Source: Phoronis australis
Lineage: Eukaryota; Animalia; Phoronida
Reading direction: 5' to 3'
DNA length: 32,451 bases
Assembly (NCBI GenBank): GCA_002633005.1
Contig: NMRA01001270.1
Coordinates: 1 to 32,451 of the forward strand
Each line of letters begins with the position of its first letter. Position 1 is the stretch's first letter. The translations under genes were made by a program, and so were the position numbers. A model generated the notes under the pieces. That model had not been told where the DNA came from, made no database searches, and saw only the letters and a program-made list of their open reading frames with translations. Of this stretch, positions 1-11,546 are shown piece by piece.

Positions 1-920
1 CTTCTAACCATCTCTCCCAACAAATCGACCGGAGTCTGCGGTATTAGCGGACGACTGGTAAGAGCTGTCGAGTTTGACACCCTGGATCCACATCTTTGAC
101 TTATCCTTGAAACTTGAAAATAACATATTGGGTCTTTGGACTTGAAGCAGGTCAATTTTAAGGAGGGTAGTAAACCCTTCTGTACCAATTACAGCTCGAT
201 ATCCGTTCTTTCTGTCTTCGTAAAAAAGTTCAATAGGTCTGTTTGTAACCAGGTTTATTAGTATTTACAAACCTACAAATTGTTGACGCCATAACAGTCG
301 AGTTTCAAAACAACTTATTCTTCTGCCACTGTTCCAGTTGATGTTTGTTATCGTTTTCTTCCTGGTTTGGATAGCGGAGGGGTATCTGGAGCCGCGTTCC
401 TGGACCTGAGGAAGGCCTTCGATACCGTGCACCTCCCCTAGCTCTTTTCCAAACTGGAGACCACGGACATCACTGTAAATGTGTAGACTGGGTTTAGTGT
501 GCCCACGTGAACCAAGTGTTATCTGATATTTACCCCTTATTCTTGGTGCCCCACAAGTGCCCATTTTGAAGTCACTAAAACATGAACGGTCTAATAAATT
601 TACTCCAATCTAAGATAGCAGTATACGCTGTTTTTTGTGGTTTTAAGAAAATCGATGAGGTCGAGTGTGTCTTAAACGAATACAGGGTACATGTGTTGTC
701 TAGCAATTTGTGTACTTCTATAACCAAACCTGTTTCTGTACCAGCTGAAGCGGCGCAAATAGCATAATACTCAATCACATTTGAATAGAAAGGTCGTCAG
801 TAGAATGTGTAAAATAGGTTATTATTTAGGTGTTATTCTTAATATATATTTGACTTTTGATAAGCATTTGTCAAGCATATCGTCCAACGTGATCAATTCT
901 GTTCTTGTGAAGAGCCGAAC
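1..920 (+). mobile_element. Degraded non-LTR retrotransposon (CR1/L2-group) reverse-transcriptase fragment
   Basis: Frame-broken RT motifs in the expected order: NYSSISVLSVFVKKF...Y*YLQTYKLLTP*QSSF (~187-306; cf. NYRPISxL...QxGF), FLDLRKAFDTVH (~398-433), GAPQVPIL (545-568; cf. GVPQGSIL), YLGVILNIYLTFDKH (~823-867; cf. KYLGVxLDxxLxF). Stops and deletions present; boundaries approximate. Confidence 0.85.
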
Positions 921-1463
921 CGTTCTTTTAATACACATTTATTACAAATCTTCTGTCTTTCCAATCATTGCATACTATAATGTTGTAATGTTCATCATAC
1001 AGTATACGTTTTTGTTTCATCTTTTCAATGTCCCATTATCATTTCTGCTGAATTGCCTTTACTTTATTTCTAATTTTAGAATTATCTAATTTTGATTTAG
1101 TGTGCACTGTCTTTTCATATCTTTTTTTTGTTGTCCAGTGTTTATTTTACATTGTTTTATGTGAGCCCTTGGGTGAGCAATTAATTTTAATGTAAGGTAC
1201 AACAACCGAAAAGACAGTTTTCGAATATGAATAATTCAGGTGCTCAGAAACTTAAAGTGTTTCCTTACAGAATATGTGGGTTGGTTCCCTTCGTGTTACA
1301 AAGGTATCTGAAAAAACCCAAGCTGATTTAGATAACGAGGTTGCCTCCGTAATCTTGAAGCAACCGGAAATAACACCAGAACAAGTTCACTTCTACGTAA
1401 GAACTAATTGACAAAATGTCTGCATGTACATGTATAACTTGTGATTACTTTCATACTTCTCAG

Positions 1464-1589
1464 TGGAAAAGGATAACGAGGATGAAATAATGAACGCATT
1501 TGCCTCGATCACGGAAAGTAATGTTCCACGCAGCCAATCACGTGACGGGATGGAACTGACGCACCAAAAGAGCTCACCTACTTTAAGGC
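1464..1589 (+). CDS. Death-domain gene copy 1, internal 126-nt exon (phase 1/1; EKDNEDEIMNAFASITES...)
   Basis: Acceptor ttctcag|, donor |gtacgt. Same length and phases as paralogous exon 21407-21532 (IMNAFASI vs IMDAFTSI). Upstream exons would lie left of the window. Confidence 0.75.
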
Positions 1590-2362
1590 GTACGTATTGG
1601 CTTAATTACGAAGAATGCTGTTTTGCAAACCGCATGCGAACTACATATTATAATCATCCCTTATCAATAGTAAAACTATCAGATGTCTGTCTCTGGTAAG
1701 GACGCTGTCATTACTTTTGCGTTCACTAAGTCCTTGTGAGTTGTATTATCAAAAACGTATAAGCAACCGTAAGGTAAGCTTAAAATTTACAAATTGACTC
1801 GTGTGTGACGCACATTCTAGCGCATGAATAACGAATTCAGCGCAATCAAGGCGTATGCAATGCGCGACACTGTTTTTTGTTTCTGCGTATTAAGGAGTAT
1901 CCAGTGCGCAAGCCAAGAGGATTCCGAACGCATACAGCGTGTAAACCGCATGCCTGATGCTTTTCCGACAAATGCTAAGCACATTCCGTGCAACATGACC
2001 TCGTCGCACTTCTGTGTTCGTGCCCCAGTTCCTTTTAAGTTATGCAATGACATTTCCACAATCGTACGCGCAATGTGCACTTTACGTGTTTCTCAATAGT
2101 TTTTGCTGTACGTACGCAGGTATGCGCACTGAATACTCAGTGACGCCTGACAGTTTAGGGCATGCTCAGAAGCATGCTGCGTGTGCCATTTTTCGCAAAT
2201 TGTACGCCACAAATACGCAGCGCATCAACGCTCAACTCATGAAACTTGTTACATGCAGAAGCACGAAGACCCCCAAACCACAACGTTTGAATGCGGTTAT
2301 AACAACGACGAACGACGATGATGAGTGCAAAGACATTGAAATCAAAAATAATTCTTTGATCT

Positions 2363-2650
2363 CTTGCAGGAGAAGTTGTCAGCAGAACTACAATTTTAAC
2401 CGTGGATAGTCCACACAGAAAATCATCATTTGAGGACGAACCTGTTCATTCAAATGAGGACAAAGCGAACGATAAGAGAGATGAGATGAAGAACCAGTCA
2501 TTACGTCTTGCCGGAGAAGTTGTCAGCAGACCTACAGCTTTAAATGCGGAAAGTCCACATAGAAAAACATTATTTGATGACGAACCTGTTCATTCAAATG
2601 ACGACAAAGAGAACTATAAGAGAGATGAGATGAAGAACCAGCCATTACGT
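2363..2650 (+). repeat. 144-bp (48-codon) tandem duplication at the start of the linker exon
   Basis: Units 2363-2506 and 2507-2650 encode near-identical GEVVSR..SPHRK..F.DEPVHSN.DK.N.KRDEMKNQ.LR. Confidence 0.95.
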
Positions 2651-3128
2651 CAAAAAACGATTGAAAAACCTGACCTATGCGTAGGACTGAACGCCATTGG
2701 CCAAATGTCTGAAAGTTCTGAAGCAGGTCAGCATGTGATCAGACCCGTGTCTCTTCCCGCGGTTGTTGCCAGCCAAAAGCACAATGTATCGACAGACGTG
2801 CTCAATGAAACGACACAGATGGGAGTAACAACAGCTACAACTACAGTGTCGGGAACGCTCGCAGCAGCTAGGTGTTCGCCGCTGACCAGCATCAGCAGAG
2901 CGTCGCCAGTCCAAAATGATACCTTGTGGTACAAAACGGAAGTAACTAAAACTACACAAAAATGTTATGAGCATCGAGATACAGGGGAAGTGTATGTTTC
3001 GGAATGTACGAAAAGGGGACGTGTTTACCAGAATCGAGGGCAATATCAGCACAGGTCTGCTAGTCGCAGTAGTTCCTGCTTGACTTCTGAGGACGACGCT
3101 CATGTCTCATCGCCCGATAGACCAAATG
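2370..3128 (+). CDS. Death-domain gene copy 1, Ser/Thr-rich linker exon (phase 1/1)
   Basis: Acceptor ctcttgcag|, donor |gtaggt, open throughout (overlaps ORF 2402..3166). Homologous to 21821-22498 (CYEHRDTGEV/CYEHNDTGEV; TSEDD..SPDRPN/TSDDE..SPGRPS). Confidence 0.85.
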
Positions 3129-3263
3129 GTAGGTTTATTAACTCTTTGATCAGACTCCACCACTGATGGACTAACAAAAGATTACTATTATTGTTGTTAA
3201 TACTACCACTATCAATACTTTTTATACTACGACTGTACCGCCACCGCCATTGCTTCTGTCATG

Positions 3264-3631
3264 TTGAAAGGGCATCATTAGAAAATTATGTTTTAATGAG
3301 GCTCATTTGCTTTAAAATTCGTTTCGTATTGGTCGAAAATGAAGCCGAATGGTTGTAACAATGTCAAATTTTGTTTGATATAAATATTTAAGATGAGATA
3401 TCAAAAAGGCTGAGATAATTTTTTTAATTATCACTTCGTTTTTGATTTATACAACTTTATAATTTTTCCATGAAACTTGATATTTTGATAGCTCTCATGG
3501 AAAAGTGGGACATTTAAAACAACTCCTAAAAACGTTGTAGATGATAATACATAAAGCACAGTATATATGATTAGGCATTTCTTAAGTTAGAAAAATTTGT
3601 ACTTTTTTATAAGGTTCTACATAACCTTTAA
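3264..3631. mobile_element. Non-autonomous DNA-transposon-like repeat (possibly Kolobok-type, TTAA-bounded)
   Basis: Starts ttgaaagg and ends cctttaa. Shares blocks (tgtcaaattt..tttga.ata; ttatca.ttcgtttt; acatttaaaa) with 5962-6354 and, inverted, with ~30500-30720. Confidence 0.45.
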
Positions 3632-3917
3632 AACTAACGCGGTGGTGGATCCATATAAGTGCATCCACGCCCCACTACACCGCTGCCTTTAAATGTGCAA
3701 CTCACGAGAGTTACGGCCATAACTTCCATGCGCTTTTTGTCACAGCTATGCTGCAAGACTGGTGCACTAATTGGCCGTAGTACTGCACAAAGATGGTTTT
3801 TTGACAACGCAACTGGACCCAAAAATGAAAAAAAAAACACATGACAAAGTCAGAGCGCTGTTTGCAACGGGCTGAGAAAATCTTCTTGAGCAACTTTTGA
3901 AACACTGCGTTTTTCAG

Positions 3918-4201
3918 ATGTTAACGACGAAACAGCCACAGGTGTGGGTCACGAAATAGGTAAGGAATGGAAGTCACTTGGACGACAGCTTAAGCTAAGT
4001 AACACTGAGCTGGAAAACATCGATCATTCGTACCAGAGGTTAAAAGAGAAAGGTGTTGAAATGCTGCTCCACTGGCGAAACAAAAATGGTTTGGAGGCAA
4101 CCAGAGCAAAGCTGGGAAAAGCATTGGTCAATTGCTGTCAACGTCGGCTTGCCGAGGAATACAATCTAACTTGCACCGGAGATACCAGTGAGAACGAGTG
4201 A
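3918..4201 (+). CDS. Death-domain gene copy 1, terminal exon encoding a Death domain
   Basis: Acceptor ttttcag|. Translation DVNDETATGVGHEIGKEWKSLGRQLKLSNTELENIDHSYQRLKEKGVEMLLHWRNKNGLEATRAKLGKALVNCCQRRLAEEY fits the DD pattern (IGxxWxxLGRxLxLxxxELxxI...EMLxxW...AT...LxxAL...RxLAE). Stop TGA 4199-4201. Confidence 0.92.
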
Positions 4202-5961
4202 AACTTATACTCTTACAACGTACCCAGTCTCATGAGGCTTTGATAAGACGGGGTTAATGGAAAACAGTGCTGCCGAATTCTGTAACGAAAGACAATGTAA
4301 CCAGTAACAGGCTAAGTGCACTCTCTTTGCTGTACTGCTCAAAGCCACATTTCGCACTCTTTAGCTTACTGAAGACGAAAATCGTATTAGACCTTTTCCT
4401 GTAACAAAATCAGTTTCACAATATATTCCTTACAGTGATAGGATCCTGTTTCCATTACCAACCATAGTATCGAAACCATCAGCGACTCCTGGAAACGCCT
4501 CAGGGTAAATTGGGATTTATTTCTGGTGTATTATGCAAAGAAGCTGTATTTTACACTATTAGTCAATGTTTTAGTCATTGAGGCACAAATTTTGCCCAGT
4601 CTCAAGTGTTTTGTGTTATTTTTATTGCCTGACAATGCCAGAATAACATCCTAGTAACATTCAGACTTAGTTTGCATTTTTGCCACTAGGTGTCTCTTTA
4701 CGTTTTTTAAATTTCACTGTTTACAATTAATTTACAATAGTAAAACGTGTAATGTGAGTTTAATATTGTTCAATACAATGGCACTGATGGGACCATATTA
4801 CTTGTTTTACAAAAAAGTCACCAAAACAGTTGTTTTTACAAATATAAGTTTACTAAGCTCTTTGGTGATTATTATGTAACTTCAAACTCAAATTTCTCAA
4901 AAATGTGCAACTTTATATGTGGGAACTTTTTAGATTTTGAAAACACTCTAATAAATGAATTAAAAAACACCAAAATAAAATTGCCCCCCTAAAGTACTCA
5001 CAAAAACCATTTTCTAGAGGCCCTACAAAATCTGGCCCACCGACTAATTGGTTAAACCTAAATTGGCGAATTCGAAAATGGCGGACGCGCGCATTCTCCG
5101 TGACTTCATCTGGTAACGGAAACAAATTCTAATAACACCGATTTCATAAAAGTGAAAGACCTAATTCCATTTTCGGTTTTAGCCAGATAAACAGGGCGAA
5201 ACGAAGCTTTAAATGTGGAACCAAAGAATATGCACACTGAAGAAGTGCCTACCACCCACAACATTGATTGCTTCCTAATAAATTCTCTGACACTAGTGTC
5301 TTTTTGATTGGACGTTGTACTTAATTATATTCCTTTATAATAAATGTGTTGTCAATCTGGACTTAAACATATTCCTTGCTCTGATGTGATCGTTTTTTCG
5401 TAGAGTAACATACAGTTGTCACTGGAAGAGAATTTCCTCAAGTTAACTCCGTGGCCAGTGCCGGACTCAGGTTTTTCGACTCATAGCTAAAGGAATTCTG
5501 GAGACCGTGTCTTTAGCTACCTCCAATCGCACAACTTTCGACTACTCTGTCGCTGCCATTATTCGGTAGGCGTAGTGTCACGTTTTACAAGGTGGCTTCC
5601 ATTGTTGCGATGAGAAACGTCTGCTTTGTGAGAGGCCCTATAAGCAACAGCTTAGCGTAATCTTGCAATGCACGTGGCAATGGAGATAAAATCTAACGTT
5701 TAGCAAGGAAAATTTCGACTTATTTCGTATTAATAAGTGACATAGTTTTTGTTTTCGCGCAGCTGAACGACACAGATTTGTTATAGTAGCATATATTTCA
5801 TGCCAATATGTTCTCAACATGGGTTATCACGCGCATTAAATTTCCAATAGTTTCTTTTCAAAATTTCAAAGGTTTTCTGCAGTAGAACTGAATCGACAAG
5901 TCTGTGAATTTATCAAAATATCTAGACAATAAGACTTTGACTCAGTAAAGTATATATTTTC

Positions 5962-6354
5962 TTAAAGCAGAAAGTTTGCATAATTTGATTTTAGAGAGTG
6001 AGTGACGTGGCCATGTATTTTTTATTAAAATTTAGCAAAAGGGAAGGTACATTGATAGCAAAATGAGAGTATTGATAACTGTCAAATTTCATTTGACATA
6101 TATGAAATCACAAAAACGCTATAATATAGTTTTTTGATGTTATCATTTCGTTTTGAAATTTTTTAAGAATGTTATACAAGTTCAATTTTTATAGCCGCTA
6201 ATGCCAATATGAAACATTTAAAAAAGCAATTCTCAAAAGCGTTCTGGCGAACAGCGTGCAAAGTGTAAGATCTGAAACAGCCATTTCGAAGTTATGATGT
6301 TCCAAATTTATCCAAATTTTGTCATTTTTCTAGAGTCTGGCATTTCAACCTTAA
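5962..6354. mobile_element. Second copy of the TTAA-bounded non-autonomous repeat
   Basis: ttaaagc...ccttaa ends; shared blocks with 3264-3631. Confidence 0.45.
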
Positions 6355-6677
6355 AGAATAAATATTTGGAACAAGTGTCACTTTACATACAAGTTATGTC
6401 AAATAAGAAGTGAAATTTTATTACTGTTAATGAGAAATGTGAGAAAAATAAATAAGTGAAGAACTGCTTGTACCGTAAGCATCTGGAAGATTTCAAACTA
6501 CAATTTTGGTTAATATAGATAAACACCGATGCTTGCCACTCGAATGCCTATCGACTGGACTCAGACAGAAACTAAAGTAGTGCTCGTCACGTTTTTTTTT
6601 TTGGTTAAATACTCTAAAATACGACCGAGGGGTATATGAAGATGACCACTTTTTCAATGAAAATAGAAAACAGGGTC

Positions 6678-7105
6678 GAGTTCAGTAGCTGTCTCGCGGC
6701 TACAAATATCTAGCCAAAACCACGTGCTCTCATTTAAAATACACGGCAATATCTGCAGTAATTACATAATAATAATAACAATAATACTACTAATAATAAT
6801 AATCATAATATTAACAATAATGTTTATTGTACTTCGTAGGCTTTGCCTACTCATACATAAATACATAAATTCAAGCGTATATTCAGAATATTTACACGGA
6901 GAGCAGTTCTTCTCTTAAAGCCATAGCCTTGTGAATGTACGATGCGAGGCGCTGGATGCTGTCATGATTTTTCTGTTGGAATAACCTAACAAGTAATTAC
7001 AATGACATATGTTCTTTGGTTTATTATCAACAAACCACTAATAAAAAATATCTCGCGTAATCTCGCGAAGTCTTCCTTTTAGCGAGGTCCTAGTGTTGCT
7101 AACTC
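6678..7105. mobile_element. ~125-bp MITE family member interrupted by a retroposon 3' fragment
   Basis: Left part (6678-6754) and right part (7047-7105) together match the intact copy at 27090-27213 (inverted) and the copy at 30158-30276. AATATCT is duplicated at 6748-6754 and 7047-7053. Confidence 0.75.
6755..7046 (-). mobile_element. 5'-truncated LINE 3' end with (ATT)n-like tail
   Basis: On the - strand AATAAA is followed by an (att)n tail; 7-bp TSD. Homologous to 14745-14930 (tatttacac...agagcagtt...taaagccatag). Confidence 0.65.
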
Positions 7106-7684
7106 CAATCTGGTGTCACAGTGTCTGCTTAAAGCGGCAAACAAAAGTTATGACATTACTTTTGGGTGAAAAAAGATCCTTCGCCATATCTTGGAAAGAC
7201 ATTTTACTGTGCCTGATGACTGTTTCCTCGGCTTGTATTTACTAACAAATTAGTTGCACAAAAGAAGCAGCCAGCAGCCCACGTACTGGTTCTGCATCCA
7301 CTTCCATTGTACAAACACGAATGGCCGATACAGTGTCACGTTAACCTAGCACGCCAATAAAGTTTAGGGAAAAACTCATAACTTACTCTAAAAAGACTTT
7401 CAGTCCTAACAGAAGCCTGATTATTATTACAATCTCGGGAAAACATGCGCGGCGCACCATAGGGGGCTGTGCCGCCCAATGTCGATAGGCCGTGCACCAC
7501 AGGAGGGATGGAGCACGCAGAGAACCAGCGAGCATCCCCGTGGTGAGAGTAAAAATGTCAACTTGAAAAACGACTCCGTTTTGACCACGTTCTCGAGGCG
7601 TTCATCAAAATTAGTTTTTGGTTGTCGTCCGAGTGTGTACACATTGAAGCCTATCATTTAGGCGAAAATGTGTAAAGTTCACTA

Positions 7685-7970
7685 TTTTCAAAACCTTCAC
7701 AAAGTTCGTAAATTACAGACGACACGGCCACAGCTGCCATTCATAGTTCCACAGCCGTGGGTCTGCACTGACCACCACTATGGTTAAGGCTTTAATTCAC
7801 GAAAAGCACACCACCTCAAGAATTAGAATCCGCAGAATTTTGTTACACCTATGATAAATTACAATTACAAGATCTCTTGTGATTAACAGAAGTTGCAAAA
7901 ACATAGTTCTTGCAACACAATGTTGACACATCAAATCAGGTTTTAAACATAACACAACATTCTAAGCAAA
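7685..7970 (+). repeat. Dispersed ~280-bp repeat, direct homologue of 26555-26835
   Basis: Shared blocks aaattacagacgac, ccacagccgtg, tagaatc.gcagaa, atgataaattacaat, caacac.atgttga, caggttttaaaca. Confidence 0.8.
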
Positions 7971-9566
7971 GTCCCAACTTTGGTGAATTGCTGGGGCGTA
8001 CTTTTGACGGGGAGCAGATACGAAAATTTCCTATATTTTCACAAACTATTATACTAGCTCACTTGTCGTCATTCATTTTTTCACTTTTGAAATTTGAAAT
8101 ACATTGTACTAAAATTGATTTTGAATTTAAAAAATAAGAACGAAGGCTAAGAAGATATTGAAGAAGATAGCAAAGAAAAACGCATTAGCCATGTAAAATT
8201 CTTACAAAATCCCTTGACGTTCTCAGTCTTTTACTACTTGCTAGCAAAAGGTGGAGCTACTGGGCCATTTTCTGTGAGTTTTTGCTTAAAACCACGTTTT
8301 ACTGTTCTCGGATTTCTCAAGACCAACATCCAAACTAATCCATTGAGCCTCACAAAGTATTTACCAGTCAAAAGCGATCGACTCGTACGTCAGAAATTTG
8401 TTTGCTTCAATTCAACCCCAGGTTATTCAATCTCAATTCTTCTAATCCTGAAACTGGATTCACCTTACTGAGTTCAGTTTGGTCAAATGTACGGTATTTC
8501 TTGGGCAGGAAGCGCAACTTTTAAAAATACTTCTAATCAAGTAGAAAATGTTATGGTCGACAGCGATACATCACATGGAAACATAAGGGAAAAGCAAAAA
8601 AACAAACAGTCACTTCTAGTTTGAGAATTGTGGGCGCCTGGTTAAAGGAAATGTTCGTTTACTATTGTAGTGTTTGCTCGCATTCAAGTCCATGAGCATG
8701 TATGCAATGCCAACTATGTCCGAAATTAAGCGCAGTGTGCCTTGTGTGCAGAACTCTTGAATAGAAGCAAAGAACACGTTTTGTGAACAGTCCTTGAGTG
8801 AAGGTTGACTTCTCGTTTTAATACAACGGTTGTTTGTGTGTTTGGCCAGTGGAAGATTGCCAAATTAAACTAAAAGAAGTTACACAAAAATATGGACTGG
8901 TTAAGGTAAAAGGCCTAAATTATATGAGTTAGGCCTAGCTATGAGAATTTTTCCAAATAAAACGCAAAATTTCGAACATAGGCGCATTCGCCTCAATACG
9001 TTCATAAAATTAAAGTGTCCGTTTCCTGATGAAGCATTTTAAGAATCGTTTGTGTGATCCATGGAAAAGTTATTCAACAAAGTGTCTTTGTTGAGCAAAG
9101 GTCCTGTACCTGCAACAGGACCAATTACGAAATTGGCAAAGTTTCCTAGATCTACTGCGTATTTGTGGACTTGTCAAAGCACTACTGAACTGTCCTTTCC
9201 TATGCTCATCAGTGCTCCAGCATTTTGCTTGTTTAGTATGAGGTCATTCTGACGGTTGGGAAAAGTCAAATAAACCAAAATGCTAAAATTAACAACAAGA
9301 ATACCAATTAAGCCAGATTTACGGAACGCTGTAAATTACTGAGGCCTTGGAAAATTGAACTCCCGGGGAAAAGGTGTACAATGAGAGCAACCGTTGTCGG
9401 AAAATACCAGTTAATCCAATCACATAATTTTGTAAACAAAATTCATGTCCTAATTGACCCGTAGTTAACTGGAGCGGAAAAACCGAAGACTTGCAAAAAT
9501 TATGTTTGACCGTGCATTTTTATTCTATTTGGAGGTCCAGATCGCGTTATGATAGTGACTGATACG

Positions 9567-9693
9567 TGACTCACTAAACAAACGACGAAGTCACGTGACG
9601 TGATCATCTTGGGGGAAATTCCCAGCCCTTTCGAAGAACATTGATCCAGCCAACTGGAACAGCATTCGTTTCATTGAAATTCGACGCTTAAAA
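9567..9693 (+). promoter_or_regulatory. Putative promoter / non-coding first exon of DD gene copy 2
   Basis: TGACTCA (AP-1 consensus) 9567-9573, GTCACGTGAC (E-box/CLEAR palindrome) 9590-9599 and GGGGAAATTCCC (kappaB consensus) 9612-9623, followed by splice donor aaaa|gtgagt at 9694 and an acceptor at 10355. Confidence 0.5.
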
Positions 9694-10415
9694 GTGAGTC
9701 AGACACGTTCATTTAAGAGAACATTTCGACTAAAACGGGGTTGCTTAAACGTGGTCTTTTTGTCAAAAAACAAATTTCGATTTAGGCTACTTTCGGTTTG
9801 CACTACTTATATATCATGATGCCCCTAGCTTGATCAGGAAATTGGCCTCAGTTTGTTCCTTAGTAAAAATACGTGTGATTTATGGGCTTGGCAAGAACTT
9901 GTAGTTTGTTTTTCTTCTTCAGACGGAATTGTACGTTCTCATCGAGTCCAGAGAACACTTAGTAAACTGAATCGGGGACAACACACGCAATACCTGTTTG
10001 AGTGACCTAAATCAAAACTTGCTCTTGACCGAAAGTCGTGCTGATGTTCATTGATTGAAATTTTTATTTTTCTACTGTAATCAAGCGTTTAGGACTGTTA
10101 ATGTAATTCCTGACTGACATTAAGAAATGCTGGGCAAAAGTATCGAGACTGTCTTGAGACATTTTGACCAATGAATATATGAACACCCAGGGAAGTAACA
10201 GCATGTTGACGGTGGTTAACTTGCGCTGCCTTTGGTAAGTAAGTCTCCATGTTAGTTGCTGCACATGTGTCATAACCAACACAAGTCTCTGATATCATAA
10301 TTCATCAGTTATACCATTTAAAATGCAAGTCCTTACAAACATCTTTTATTTTCAGGCGGTGAATTGTTGACCCTGAGTGGAAAAGACCAAACTGTCTGTA
10401 GCAATTCGCGACCTT

Positions 10416-10557
10416 ATGGAAACTAGCGGTACACGAGCAACTGAGCTGCCTGACCTGAACAAGTCAGAAGATGAGCTCGAATATTTTGATGCACTTGAAG
10501 AGGTCAACATTCATGAACATGGGGACAGGCGCCTTGAGCAACTTCGTCGTCGTAACA
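10416..10557 (+). CDS. DD gene copy 2, probable first coding exon (METSGTRATELPDLNKSEDELEYFDALEEV...RRRN)
   Basis: Acceptor ttttattttcag| at 10355, ATG at 10416, phase-1 donor A|gtaaga at 10558, compatible with the phase-1 acceptor at 18946. Confidence 0.6.
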
Positions 10558-11216
10558 GTAAGATATTCACTGCAACTAAGTCTATTTTTCCCTTTTTCAG
10601 TTTCTATATGATGTTGACATCGTGATCACTTTTAATAATTGTCATGAAAATGGATACGTAATCGGAGGGAAGGGGTGTGACAGGCTAGAGATCAAAGGAA
10701 TACCTTTTCAACTTTTAGTTCCTTCATTTACATTGAAAGAAATGTGGGATTCCTGAACAGAAAGATAAAAAGCAGAAATAAAGTAAATGTATTTCATATA
10801 GATAGGCCTTCGGCTCACATAACACATATATAATAAACAGAGAGTAACAAACAGAGAGTACATGGTATCTAAACCAATATACTAATTTTCATTAAGAAAT
10901 TTATTCGACGTTTCTCAGCATTTATTAAATATTTACCTTTTTTCTTAATTTATTTAAACCATGGGTCTGTAGAAGATCCCCGAATACTGCTTCATCCACC
11001 TTATAAAATCTGGGTAAAAACTGTATGCGTAAATCAGAATATAATTTACATTGAAGAAGAAAGTGTATCTCTCATTCCATTTAACCGCTTCTGCAGGGGG
11101 GGGGGGGCATGTTCTCTCTTCTCCATCATGACCAATAAACGTTCCCTTAACTATCATTAAAGAATGAGCAAAATAGTAAATCTTGCGAGGGCTGCTCTAA
11201 GTGAACTGTTTTCTAG

Positions 11217-11370
11217 ATATGTTGTGTATTTTTCAATAATGAAACAATTTTTTACAATTATATAAACACCCAACGATTGGGGAGACATACTGTTGCTCCA
11301 ATCCTGGGTATCAAGGTCACAGCATCGTTGCTGAGGAAGTGTCGCCTACGCCCAAACAATTCCAAAACCA
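11217..11370 (+). pseudogene. Possible decayed exon of DD gene copy 2 (phase 1 in / phase 2 out)
   Basis: Acceptor ttttctag|, donor |gtacgt. Phases link 10557 to 12106. Contains TAA TGA (11237-11242) and LYKHPTIGETY, which resembles the linker motif. Confidence 0.35.
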
Positions 11371-11436
11371 GTACGTAAATAACAATAGTTTGACATTTAG
11401 AACAAAGCAACACTTATTTTGTTCCGCCATTTCATA

Positions 11437-11546
11437 TGTGTGTGTGTGTGTGTGTGTTTGTGTTTGTGTTTGTGTTTGTGTTTGTGCCTTTTTGTGTTTG
11501 TGTTTGTGTTTGTGTTTGTGTGTGNGTGTGTGTGTGTGTGTGCGTG
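11437..11546. repeat. Compound microsatellite (TG)n / (TGTGTT)n
   Basis: Directly visible; includes one N. Confidence 0.97.

Noticed and set aside
2686-2850. RHIM-like cores (LNAIGQM, TQMG)
   Set aside because: No (I/V)Q(I/V/L)G core; TQMG is not conserved in copy 2.
5060-5125. YY1-like AAAATGGCGG and a CpG-rich patch as a promoter
   Set aside because: No downstream exon identified; the surroundings look repeat-derived.
8600-9255. Short open stretches on the - strand (e.g. NDLILNKQNAGALMSIG...)
   Set aside because: Interrupted by stops, with no recognisable motif or consistent splice structure.
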